From the NCBI RefSeq assembly GCF_037042905.1, contig NC_087250.1, positions 6,760,001 to 6,824,000 on the forward strand: a stretch of DNA of 64,000 bases. Direction: 5' to 3'. The notes under the pieces were generated by a model that saw nothing but the letters and a program-made list of their open reading frames with translations, made no database searches and was not told where the DNA came from. This DNA is from Lytechinus pictus (Eukaryota). A program made the position numbers and the translations under genes. Position 1 is the stretch's first letter. Each line of letters opens with the position of its first letter. Below, one piece after another: positions 37,620-50,564 of the stretch.

Positions 37620-39460
37620 ATGCATATTACTGATGATGGTGGATGGGACTAAGTAAAAATAAGAAACTTTTTTGAAAAACATAACATTTTACCCTAATCA
37701 CATTAATTTTCCCCCCTGCTCGCCAATCTTTTGTTTACAAACCAGCAAATTTTGGGCAATTTGAGGGTGACCAAAATCACCCGCATTTGGGATTTCGTGT
37801 GGGTGTGTGTATTTTTTCGGTCATTTTTTATGACCATATTTCCATTCTTATTTTAGAGTATTGGTGTTGGGGTGCTTTTGTTAACAAACCCGCTCCCCTT
37901 TTTTTCGAATTCGTTCAAAGACCTTTGGGGACTAGGAGTGACAGATTTTATTACAAAAACGATACAAAGGTGGAGAGACCAGAAGTATGTAACTCATGAA
38001 ATTTCGACAAACTATTAATGATAACAATTCTGCTGTGCAATATTGTTGCCCTGATTTGCAGGTTAAACTATTGGAAGCGTGTTATTTTTTTATATGCACG
38101 TGCAATAAACTGTCATTCAGAAAGCCGTTTGTTTAAATTATATCAAAAAATCAGGCTGGTTAAGTAATTAACAGCTGAAGATTAATAGTCAATTAAAAGA
38201 CACACAGCATTGGTTATTGAAGTAAAGGTAGAAGAGAGAGCCGACCCAAATACCTAACCCAGACAATATGTAAACGTTGGGAACTATATTTTTCATATTT
38301 AGTAATGTTTATGCTATTTTTAAAGAATAACGTTACTGCTAAGATTAACTGCAGATTTATTAGTGGCAGCTGTATTTCCACAAATAAAACAGAAAACATT
38401 GAAGCAGCTGAAATATTGCTGCCATTTAGGTTCGGATAAAATTTACATATTATTCCTGCAAAGAAATATAACATTTTGTAGACATTTCATTCAGTCGATT
38501 AAAAATAATATTGGTTGTGTTCTACAATGGATCACTGAATAATATTACAGTAATTCTTTTGAAATATAGTTTGATCGAGATTATACCAAAAAATAAAGCA
38601 AGTATTATAATCAAATTTAGTTATATATTATATTATGCTATATTTAAGAAATGTAAAAGAATGTGTTTTTTGGGGGGATAGAAATCTTGATATTATAATT
38701 GCTTCATAATTTGTCGATTGACGGGCTCGTAGCAGAATATAAATCTAAAAGTGGTTTCAGAAGCGTTAAGTCTAAATTGAGAGGCGAACAAAATAACAAT
38801 AAAAAGGGGGGGTGGGAATCAGAAGAGGTTCAGTGGCGTGAATAGTGTGAATGTAACTAATGATACTCCTGTTTGCAAGGTTGTTAATTTTCTGGATAAA
38901 TGTACAGTATTTCCATACACATATTCAGACCTTCATCACAGCGTAATCAACATTTCTTTAAAAGGGTCTGGAGCCATGCCTGGGCCCAGAGTTCTGATGC
39001 CCGAGGCCTGTAAGAGGTTGAAAACCTGTCGGGTTTATTAAATGACCAGAAAAAATATGGCCTCGCATGAACAACTTTTACGAGATTTTACTTACTGTGT
39101 TCTGTGCTTTATCATGAAATATATTGTTACTATTCCGCGTAAACCAACATTATTGTAATGCCCTTTCCAAGAAAAATGAATAAAAAGGTTAATTAATCAG
39201 TTAATAAGCAAAAGTTAATCATTTCAAAGAATGTTAACCAAAAAAAATGAAATGATAGAACGTAGAAATGGCAAAGCAGGGGCAGCGGGACAGTTTTGAG
39301 ATTGTGTGTGTGGCTGGGCCATATAAAGTTGGGCGGGGGAGGGGGGCTGACCATGCAAAAAATCACAATCAAATGGGTTTTTTTATAACTTGTTTGAACA
39401 TGGATCGGTTGAAAACCACTCAGCCACTACCCTGTTTCCCCGGCCCTTGATAAGTTACAA

Positions 39461-40185
39461 GTGTCACGAACTGTTCTCAATTCCCGTCAAGAGCTTCTTA
39501 CATTTTGTCATCTGTCTTCTCGAACCCAAGCTCTCTTTCTCTCATCCTCTCGCCGTTTTCCAAGAATATGGAATGATCTCTCCACTGAAGTAAGGGATGC
39601 TGCTGTTCTCAATTCATTACCTTCCTTCCTTCTTTCTCTAAAACAATCCCTCTTTACAACAACATAAGAAATAAGACTAATTTTAACTTCATTTTTGTTT
39701 GGGCTTCTTGAATTATAAATTATTATATTATTAATTACATTCCATTCTATTAGATATGCTTCTATTAATACACTGTGTTAAATATCCACATTGCCAGATT
39801 AGATCAGAATAGTAATACAATACCCATCATCTTTTTTTTTCACCGGTCTACTTTTTGATGACCAGTAGAATACCTTACTAATTATTACTTCCAAGCATTC
39901 TCCAGTTGTATGTACAACATCAATCACCTTATGCATTTCATTATTATTCTATAGAAATTTCGCCAAACATTGAGCTAGATTATATTTTTTGGTAATTTTT
40001 CTGTTTTCTAAGTTGATATTTGTACGCAGTGCTACATGTGTGGTTGATATGCTTCCGAGCAACAGTTATTTACTATGCTTTTATCACCCCTGACCAGCAT
40101 GTAGCACTGCTACATTCTGAATTGTTTGTTTTTACCATGTAAAATGTCATATACGGTTGTATCATGACTTGGTCAAATAAATAGT
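39461..40185 (+). mobile_element. 5'-truncated CR1/L2-type LINE (ORF2 C-terminus plus 3' UTR)
   Basis: Peptide RRFPRIWNDLSTEVRDA..SLPSFLLSLKQSL fits the R.WN.LP....S...FK..LK C-terminal pattern of CR1/L2 ORF2; AATAAA-rich tail near 40175. Confidence 0.7.
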
Positions 40186-42269
40186 AATAATGATAAAAAT
40201 AAAAGTATCGTTTCACTTTGTGAGCAGCTGATTAAAAAAATCTCAAACTCAGATAAAATATGTGTATGAATGCCTGTCTTTGTTCTAAAAAATCATGAAA
40301 CAGACCACAATATAGGATGAAAAACTCTAATTTAGATACAAGTAGCAATTTATTAGCCTGATTTTGAGAACCTGTCTGCTAGACGGGTTAAGCAAATGAC
40401 CAGTTTTCTCCAATTCAAAAAGTCCGTTGGCTGTGTTGAATGCCGTCTGATGTGTGTATATCCTATGCACACACTATATGCAATGTACATTCAGTGGAAC
40501 TTGTATACACTGTGGGTAGGCCATGCTGTGTTCATCTAGAGTTAATGTGTTGTGGCGCCCAGATTCGCTGCATTCACATATATAGTATTGCAACCAACCC
40601 CCTATTATTTTCAAACTTTGGTTTACATCTCTAAAGTTTTTGAATAATTGCTGTAGATATACTTTGAAACTTTGGGGATGGTATTTTGACACTATAAGCC
40701 TAATGTTTAGCCCATTTTCAAGAACCAAAATGAGAATTTTCGAATCAGAACAACGTGAAACTATGCCTGTAAACATGGCAGTTTTAAACAATAATTAATA
40801 AAATAACGTCATTATTGAGTACACTAAAATAAGTTTCTTAATTTGTTATGTGGCACTTACATCAATGGGCTTTGAATAAATGGTTCTTATCTTTTGTGAG
40901 AACCAAACGCCAGCAAAATAATGAAAACTTTCTCTACACCCATCGGTAAAGTGATGGAAGACCGTTTTTATTTTCTTCATTTTTTACGCAATAGGTACCA
41001 AGCTAAAATAATTATAGGTATGGCCGTCGCATTTCGCAGATTCATATGAAATAGAAGATGTCAGTCTGAATTCTTTTATCAGAATTAAAAAGCGATATGA
41101 TTAAGCATCATGCTTAAGTACCGATTCCCCATACTAAACTCAGTTTAGCCAAGAGATTGACTTTTAAATACTTAAGTCTTTTAAGACTTAAAAGTCATGA
41201 ATTCGTATATATACTTATTGAGCTTATTGAGAATCATATTCATTTTTCAACCTGGTATAGCTTCTTTATTTTATTTTATTTTTATTTTTTTTTGGGGGGA
41301 GGATTTTCTTGTTCATGTATTTTATCAATTCTATTGTCATCATTTGCATGTGTATAATCTATAAATTTTTGTAGGGGGGGGAATAAATTACACAAAAATA
41401 TCAACATTGCCAGATTAGATCAGAATAGTAATATCGAGAGGCGTTAGACCACTTTATGTAGAAATATAGCATGGTCAAACCCAGCAGATTACTTTAAAGG
41501 AACCAAAAGCTTACACCTTTTTTTTTTTTCCTTTTTTTTTTCCATTTTGGTAATGATTACAAAGCAAATTGTCATCAACAGTGGTTATACTCAAGTATTA
41601 ACGAATTGCGAGAATTAATCAAATGCTTTAAGGTCGTAGTTGATGCGCATTTTAAATTCCAATTTATTGATAAACTTCATTCACTTGAAATTATTTGTTT
41701 GTCTTATAATACATATAATGATAGCATGAAATAATCATTATAGTATGAATTCAACGGAAAGCAAGAAATATATTTTTTATCAGATATATCTTTCATTGAT
41801 TTTCAATAATCAAAACAAATTTAAAGTTAATCACGAAAAACCTAATAGACGAATTTTTATTGACATGCCCTCTATTTTCGGTGAGAACAAATACACATAT
41901 AATCATGATAATGGAAAGAAATAAAAGCAACCGTCTTTAGCGCGATGCATGGACCACCAACGCTAAGACATGATGCATTGTTTTATTTTCCCGCCAAATT
42001 GTACTCGCTTGGGGTAAATGGACTTTAACATTCAAACCCCTTTGTTGAAATACACCACAATGACACAAAGATAAGACTTTGGTTTATCATGAATAAATAT
42101 TATTATGAAAATAACTTATCTTCAAAATGATATATATGAAACCGGCAAAACAAACTTTGCGTTTGATATAGAAAACAAACAACCTATCGTCTAATCTATT
42201 TTTATAAACAAATGTATAATACCATAACAGCAGTGAATATCATCGACTAGGCATTGAATTGTTTAGCAT

Positions 42270-43850
42270 TTCCCATTTCCTTACAAAGAAAGCAACGCTT
42301 TTATGATAGCAAGCGTGCAATTTATTCAAAATAGAATGCTTGAATACCGTCCATGCCAAATTTTGCTCTTTTTCAACATTCGTACGATAAACGTTTTGCT
42401 CAGGAACATGAGCATCACACATCTTAAAAATGCAATCAAGTTCCGTCATCCGTAATCTACCCATTACGTTTTAAAAAATATTGTCACGATTATGTGTACA
42501 TTGTAGCCAATGCAATCAATCGAGAGAAATTGCGTACGATAACTAAGATGTTAAGGGCCCCCGATCGACAAAAGCTATTTTAGTATTTCCAATGACATAT
42601 TATCGGAAGATTCGGAGTTGATTTCATTGGTGTAACTGTAGCATGAAAGGACAGTACGTCCTTCTTTAATCTGGTCATAGAGAAGAGTCGAGTATACCAA
42701 CATCATTATCGGAGATCATACGAATCATAGGGCGTTTTACCAATAACCTATAATAACCCATAATAATGAAGGTTAGATATGGGAAACCTTAGCTGTTAAG
42801 AATATCATGTAACCAACCACCCCAAATCCATCAATAAATCACCAGGAAGGGTCTTTTGTAGATAACTTTTAAAAAATTGTTAAAAAAACCACCTATTAGA
42901 TCATTAGCCTCCATGTATCCTCTCAGTGGCTTACAATATAAACGAGTTCCATCCAGATTGTAGATTGTTCGTATCATGTAGTGTGGTTGGTCACATTACA
43001 TGATACGATATGATAACATATCAACTGTATTAAAGTTCACGTCGAAAATAATGCAGGCCTGCCATCATATACCTTTTATATCTATTTCGTTCAGTCGTGA
43101 TGGCATTATTGATTAAACCTTCTTTGATCAAATAATACTTTAGAAAAGGCTGAATACGTTTTTCTTTAACAAGATGCCATGGATTAGAAGGACATGTAAT
43201 TGGTGTTATATTTTGCGTTAATGGTTCATTTTTGTTACTTTATATGCCCCATCTCATATGTAAAAAAAAAAACTGTTTATTGAAAAAGTATAGCGTTTAT
43301 ACTATTGGTGAAATGGACAGGAAAATCATAATTCCGTAATAACACAAACTCTGGAGGAAAGGATGTGAATAAAGATAGTGATGATAATTCTGCTGATGAT
43401 AATGATGATGATAATAACAGTAATAATAACAATAATAACAGTAACAATATTATTAATTATTATTTTAAAAAAAATCAGCATCAACATTATTATCATATCA
43501 ATGACAGTCATATATGGGTTCAAATAGCGGGAGTTTTCAGATAAATAAAATACAAAATCCAACCTATTATTACCCAAACTTTAGTTTGCTTCTTCGTTAC
43601 CAGTGCACATACATATGAAGTAATCAGCTGATTATCTAATTCTCAACTTTTTTTTAACAAACATCTTTTCACCAAAATTATGGATGGCACAATACTTTGT
43701 TTTTATGTTGAGTGTTACTATATTTTCCTTGTCCCATCATGTATCCATGCTACGCATTAAATATGGCTAAGGTTTTTGAAGACGATGCGCATTATTTCAG
43801 GTCATTAAGACTTCCATTTAATTGCATTTAAATATCTACAATAACAAAAT
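42270..43850 (-). pseudogene. Second decayed Toll-like receptor-type gene (C-terminal LRRs, LRR-CT, TIR)
   Basis: Minus-strand order: VFKNLSHI (~43780), SLGNNRL (~43580), RLNEIDIKGI*WQAC (~43097-43053), CDQPHYMIRTIYNLDGTRLYCKP (~42995-42927), VVGY (~42815), LLYDQIKEGRTVL (~42685), IIVTIFL..ITDD (~42495-42445), VMLMFLSK (~42418), EKEQNLAWTVFKHS (~42375-42334). Confidence 0.62.
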
Positions 43851-43939
43851 GGATGTAAATTTATTCAAAATACTCTTTTTTTAATATTCCTAATATCTTA
43901 ATTTTCCTTCTTGTGTTTACTAAATATTTATTAACGACA

Positions 43940-44520
43940 AGTTGACCCCTATAAACAGTTGATGTGAATAAAAAGCGAAACTCCAACAAGCATAACACTG
44001 AATATTTGATCAAAATCGGATGTATATTAAGAAAGTTATAACATTCTGACTTTTTGCTCAATTTCACAAAACAGTTATATGTACATCCTTGTCGGTATGC
44101 AAATGAGGGGACTGATGACGTTACTCACTATGTCTTATTTATTTATTATACGAAATGCTCTAATTTTTCCTCATTCTCCTGTGAAGCAAAGTTTTCTTCC
44201 TCCCTGAACATGTGAAAACGCCATTGTTTAATCATTTTATGGTTCAGTCAAGTTGGTCCTGTTGGTCGTGTCTGTAAAAATTAAAATAGTGTATAATTCA
44301 AACAATAAAAAAACAAAAGAAATAGTGATCATCAAGTCTCTCATTTCCGTATCATTGAGTTGTGCATAACTGTTTAGGGGGGAAATAAGTTTGAAATGTC
44401 ATAACTTTCTTATTTTACATCCGATTTCCATGAACATTTCAGCGTTATGCTGGTTTGATTTTTGTATTTTGATTCAAATCACCTTTTTTTTTTTGGGGGG
44501 GGGGGGCGGAACTTGACCTT
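43940..44520. mobile_element. Degenerate copy of the TTAA-target MITE family
   Basis: Same internal sequence as 33309-33900, ends ACTTGACCT|TTAA. Confidence 0.85.
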
Positions 44521-46277
44521 TAAGAATGTAACAACATAATTAGCACAAAATTACAAGTAAATCCCGAGAATTGCGACCATGCATCGTGCATATAGTAATT
44601 AACAAATCACATTACATAAACAGTCTACACAGAAAATTTTAAAAAATCAAACCTCCATTTACGAAATTGAGCGGAAAGTTTAATTTTTCAGTAAGTAAAA
44701 GGGGAAAATTAAGGAATAATGTGATCGTGAAAACATTCCATAAGATGAAAAACAAAAGTTTTGGGGGTATAATTAACTGAAATAATTGGCATATTTGACA
44801 TGGTGACAGCCCGCTAGACCGAGGGTCCGCGACACCGAGAGTCTGCGAGATCGAGGGTCCGCGAGACGTCTTTTCTCTATGCTCTAGGTGAACTCGGCGC
44901 TTCTATTAATTAATTTTCCTTCTCTTTTATACGGCCATTTATTTATTATCATTCACCTCACCTACCATTTTTTTTTTCATCTATATTTCAGAGACATAAC
45001 TTTAACATACAGGACTGTTTATAAAACCTTGTCTGGTTTTAGAAAAATATTCATCCATTTATTTGGAGTGTTGGTTTTTTAAAATTAATTGAATAAACTA
45101 AAGTGATGAATAAAATAAAGGAGACAAAATGAAACAAAGCAAAACAAAAATGCCGAATAATGTTAACGATTTAAAGGATAGTAATAATAATACTGATAAT
45201 GATAATAATTATGATGATAAAAACATCGATAATAATATAACTGCTAATACTACTACTACTACTACTACTACGACTACTACTACTACGAAGAATATGAATA
45301 CGACTACTTCAACTACTACGACTTCTACTTCTACTACTGATGCAGCTGCTGATATCATGATATAAAAAATAGTAACAACAACAACAATAAAAAATGGGTT
45401 TAAATAGAACTCCCCGAGAGGACTCGTCCTCCGGAGGGCGACTCCCCCATGACAACTCCAAATGAAAACTCCCACCCGAAGTACCATTCTCCCGAGGTCA
45501 GGCTTCCTGGAGGAAAACTGATTTAAACCGGCACTTCCATTTGAGTGACAAATTAATGTACGTTCTTTTCTTTAGAACTTTCACCTTCTTGTTCTTCTTA
45601 TTATTCTTATTAATTGAAAAAAGAATGCTAAGATAGGATTGCCCATAATGAAGGTTCAATGTTCCAGGTGTATGTATTTCCATAATATTTCCAGTTTTCT
45701 TGTTAAACATTAAATTTACAAGATCATGAAGCAGAATTACCATAAAAATAAACGGGTAATGAGCAGAGTTAATGAGTATGTAGTGTCAGTGAAATAAGGC
45801 ATCGTAAGTTTATACTGTAAGTAGCAGAAACACCCCCTCCCTGAACCCCCACCCCTAGAGAGACGTTTCGTGCGTGCAGTACGTGTTTCGCACGATTTGC
45901 ATGCTCACCACCGGCCCCTAAAATGAAATCCTAGCAAAGCCACTGATTCTATTTAGTTACTGGGAATTATTTGCCCCCCTCCCGATAACAGGCACCTGTT
46001 ACGCCGCTGCAACGAGGTGTCTTAACCCACTCGATGACGGGTAAACAAATCGGTCTCGCGGACCCTCCGTCTAGCGGACCCTCCGTCTCGCGGACCTTCG
46101 GTCAAGTGGTCGGACCCCGAAGTGATTGGCCAATATTTTCATTGCAGAATAGCATTTTTTTTTTTACTTGATCTACTAAAACTGGTTTTTGTAATACGTC
46201 TTTCATTTATGTTTATCTCAACATCTCTTGCAATCATGGAGAGTTCGTGGCATCACCATTCCCACTCTAATCCCCCC

Positions 46278-49200
46278 TGTTGCACCCACAAATGTAATAA
46301 CGCCCACAAATGTAATAACGCCCACAAATGTAATAACACTTTACCCACAAATGTAATAACGCCCACAAATGTAATAACACTTTACCCACAAATGTAATAA
46401 TTTCACCCACAAATGTAATAATGCACTTTACCCACAAATGTAATAATTTTTGATCGCCCACAAACGTAATAATGACTTTACCCACAAATGTAATAAATTC
46501 GAAGGGATTTTTGGCGAATCCGTTCTAAACTAGAATCCTGTAGTAATGCGTTCATATAGCGATGGACCTATTGTAATAGGTCCATGATATAACACAAAAG
46601 TGAAAAGTCTTTTTTCCAGACCCGGTTAATTAAAAAAATATAATGTAAGTCCACAGTCTTTTTCCGGACCTGTTTGTTTCAAAAATTATAATATAAGTCC
46701 AAAGTCTTTTTTCCAGACCCGGTTGATTAAAAAATAATAATATTAGTCCAAAGTCTTTTTTCCAGACCTGGTTGTTTCAAAAATTATAATATAAGTCCAA
46801 AGTCTTTTTTCCAGACCCGATTGTTTACAAAATTATAATATAAGTCCAAAGTCTTTTTTCCAGACCCGGTTGTTTAAAAAATTATAATATAAGTCCAAAG
46901 TCTTTTTTCCAGACCCAGTTGTTTCAAAATTATAAGTCTTTTTTCCAGACCCGGTTGTTAAAAAAATTATAATGTAAGTCCAAAGTCTTTTTCCAGACCC
47001 GGTTGTTTATAAAAATATAACATAGTTCCAAAGTCTTTTTTCTAGACCTAGTTATTTCTAAAATTATAATATAAGTCCAAACTAAGATATTATAATGATA
47101 TTCAAGTGGAATAAAATGAGAATCGAGCTTAGTCTTTTCTCCAGACCCAGTTAATTAAAACTTGTGGAATTAATGTCTTGTTGTGGTTTTAACTTATACG
47201 GCACGTATCGTGAATATATGCGCTGAGAGTAAATTGAGAATCAAGCGTAGTCTTTTCTCCAGACCCAGTTACTTAAAATTAACAACTAAAACCCTATAGT
47301 AATGCGTTCATATAGCACAAAAGTGTTGAGTCTTTTTTCCAGACCCGGTTCATTCAAAAATTATAAAATAAGTCCAAAGTCTTTTTTCCAGACCCAGTTG
47401 TTTCAAAAATTATAATATAAGTCCAAAGTAAGATAAGATGATGATATTCCAGTGGAATAAAGATGAGAATTGAGCTTAGTCTTTTCTCCAGACCCAGTTA
47501 ATTAAAGCTGGTGGAATAAATTTCTTTGTTGTTGTTTCAACTTATATGGCGCGTATTGTGAATATACGCGCTGAGAGTAAATTCAGAACCAAGAGTAGTC
47601 TTTTCTCCAGCCCCAGTTACTTAAAACTAAAACCCTATAGCAATGCGTTCATATAGCACAAAAGTGCAGTCTTTTTTCAGACCCGGTTAATTAAAAAATT
47701 ATAATATAAGTCAAAGTCTTTTTTCCAGACCCGTTTGAGTAAAAAAAATATAATATCAGTCCAAAGCCTTTTTTCCAGACCCGGTTGTTTCAAAAATCAT
47801 AATATAAGTCCAAAATAAGATACCAAAATGATATTCCAGTGGAATAAAAATGAAAATTGAGCCTAGTCTTTTCTCTAAACCCTGTTATTCCAAATTATAA
47901 ATAACAATACAACAACAAAAACAGTATAAAGACCCCATAATCTTGTTAATGCTGGATAACATGGACATATAGCGTAGTCTTTCAGCCAGACCCAGTTTTT
48001 TTTTCAAAATAACGCAAATAGTAATAATAAAAAACTACAAATCTAAGACCAAGCAATCCTTCAACTTAAAAAGAGGTTAAGGGCGTTGTCTTTATTCCAG
48101 ACCTAATCATTGACAAAATTACAAAAAAAAATATTCTAACATAAGACCCTATCAAATTCTTATTCTTGTGGAATAAGACGAGATTCAAAACGTACTCTTT
48201 CCTCCAGACCCGGTTTTTTTTTAAATGAATTTAAAAATACTTCAAATCTAAGACCAATTTTCATAAGTTACACCCAGAAAAAAATATGTCTTTAACCCAC
48301 ACCCATTTTTTTTTTAAATAATACTAAGACCCCTACAAAACATTGTAATAATGTATGGGTAAAGCAATCATCTTTTTTCAAGACTTGGTTATTATTTGAA
48401 AAAAATATAGTTTTTACAAATATTCTAAAACGAATACCCAATAATCTAATTACTGTGGAATAACATGAAGATCGATTGTAGAATTTCCTCCAGACACAGT
48501 TATTTTCAAGAATAAAAAAGCAATAAAAAACCCAACCCCCAACAACGAACAAGAACCAACAATCTTCCAAATTAAGACCATGTAGAAAAGCACATGTTTA
48601 GAGCCTTGTCTTTATTCCAGACCCAGTCATTTAAAAAATAAAATAAATCTTAAAAACATAAAACTTTGTCATATTATTATTCATGTGGAATAACACGAGT
48701 ATTATGCTTAGTCTTTCGTCTAGACCCGGTTATTTAAAAGATAAACAAATATTGAAAAAAAAAACAAGGCTAAGACCAATCTTCAAAATTAAACCCAATT
48801 AAAATGCTTGGGTTTAGAGTGTTGTCTTTACCCCACACCCAGTTCTCTTAAAAATACAAATTAAGCCAAACTATAAAAATCATGTGATAACTTATACCAC
48901 AAAGACGACAAATTAATCATAGACGTAAATATTCATATGATACGCGCCTTAAAATCCAAGATAACAACAACGTTATTCTACATCAATTATATTGTGGGGT
49001 CTTTGCTGATACTGTTTGTTTGTTTTTATTGTTTCTTATAATTTCCTCTTTTGAAATAACTGGGTCTGGAGCAAAGACTACACCATATTTCCATGCTATT
49101 CAATGTTGATAAGATTGCAGGGTCTTTGTTTTGTTGTTGTTGTTGTTGTGTTTTAAATGACTTTTATAACTGGGTCTGGAAGAAAGACTAGGCTATATTT

Positions 49201-49607
49201 CCATGTTTTTCAACATAAAGAGGACCTTGGGGCTTTGTTTACTTTTTTTATTATTACTAATTTATTATTATTGTTCATCATTTCTTATTTGAAAGATCTG
49301 GGTCTGGAGGAAAGACCACGCTATATTTCCATGTTATTCAACATGAATAGGATCGTGGGTCTTTGGTTTTTTCATTATTATTATTAATTTATTATAATTA
49401 TTATTCATTTATTATTTGAAAGATCTTGGTCTGGATGAAAGACTACGCTATATTTCCATGTTATTTAACATTAATAAGATAGTGGGGGTCTTTGTTTCTT
49501 GTCGACTCTTTAAAAAAATGATTTGTAATTTTGAAATAAGTGGGTCTGGAAGAAAGACTAGGCTATATTGCCATTTTGTTCAACATTAATAAAATCGTGG
49601 GGTCTTC

Positions 49608-49642
<35 letters not shown>

Positions 49643-50564
49643 ATTTGAAATATTTGGGTCTGGAGGAAAGACTACACTAAACTTCTATGTTATTCAACCA
49701 TCAGAAGAATTAATTTTGGGATCTTTATTTGGAAGATTGTTTAAATGTTTTATATAACCGGGTCTCGAGAAAAAAGACTGTGACTTTGCACTATATGAAC
49801 GCATTACTATAGGGTTTTATTTTAGAACAGATTTGCCAAAAATCCCGTCAAATTTTGTAACATATGTGGGTAAAGTAATTATTACATTTTGTGGGCAATC
49901 AAAAATTATTACATATGTGGGTAAAGTGCATTATTACATTTGTGGGGTGAAATTATTACATTTGTGGGTAAAGGGTTTTAGTTTTTAGTTTTAAGTAACT
50001 GGGTCTGGAGAAAAGACTACGCTTGATTCTCAATTTACTCTGAGCGCATATATTCACAATATGCACCGTATAAGTAAACACAACAACAAAGACATTAATT
50101 CCACTAGTTTTGATTAACTGGGTCTAGAGAAAAGACTAAACTCGATTCTCATTTCCATTCCACTGGAATATCATTATCGTATCTTAGTTTGGACTTACAT
50201 TATAATTTTTTAATTAACCGGGTCTGGAAAAAACACTTTGCACTTTTGTGCTATCATGGACCTATTAAAATAGGTCCATCGCTATATGAACGCATTACTA
50301 CAGGATTTTAGTTTAGAACGGATTCGCCAAAAATCCCTTCAAATTTATTACATTTGTGGGTAAAGTCATTATTACATTTGTGGGCGATCAAAAATTATTA
50401 CATTTGTGGGTAAAGTGCATTATTACATTTGCGGGTGAAATTATTACATTTGTGGGTAAAGTGTTATTACATTTGTGGGCGTTATTACATTTGTGGGTAA
50501 AGTGTTATTACATTTGTGGGCGTTATTACATTTGTGGGCGATTATTACATTTGTGGGAGTAACA
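46278..50564. mobile_element. 4.3-kb foldback element with TGT..ACA termini and modular tandem subrepeats
   Basis: TGTTGCACCCAC ... GTGGGAGTAACA; outer domain of CCCACAAATGTAATAA repeats, inner domain of ~50-bp GTCTTTTTTCCAGACCCGGTT repeats that switch orientation near 48950; flanks CCCC and GGCC do not match. Confidence 0.88.

Noticed and set aside
44805..46118. Single element bounded by inverted GAGGGTCCGCGAGA repeat clusters
   Set aside because: No TSD or clean left terminus, and LRR-like remnants lie between the clusters; left unresolved
46278..47900. CRISPR-like appearance of regularly spaced repeats (also 58679-59760)
   Set aside because: The intervening sequences are themselves repeated rather than unique spacers, there are no cas genes, the context is eukaryotic, and the repeats sit in TIR arms
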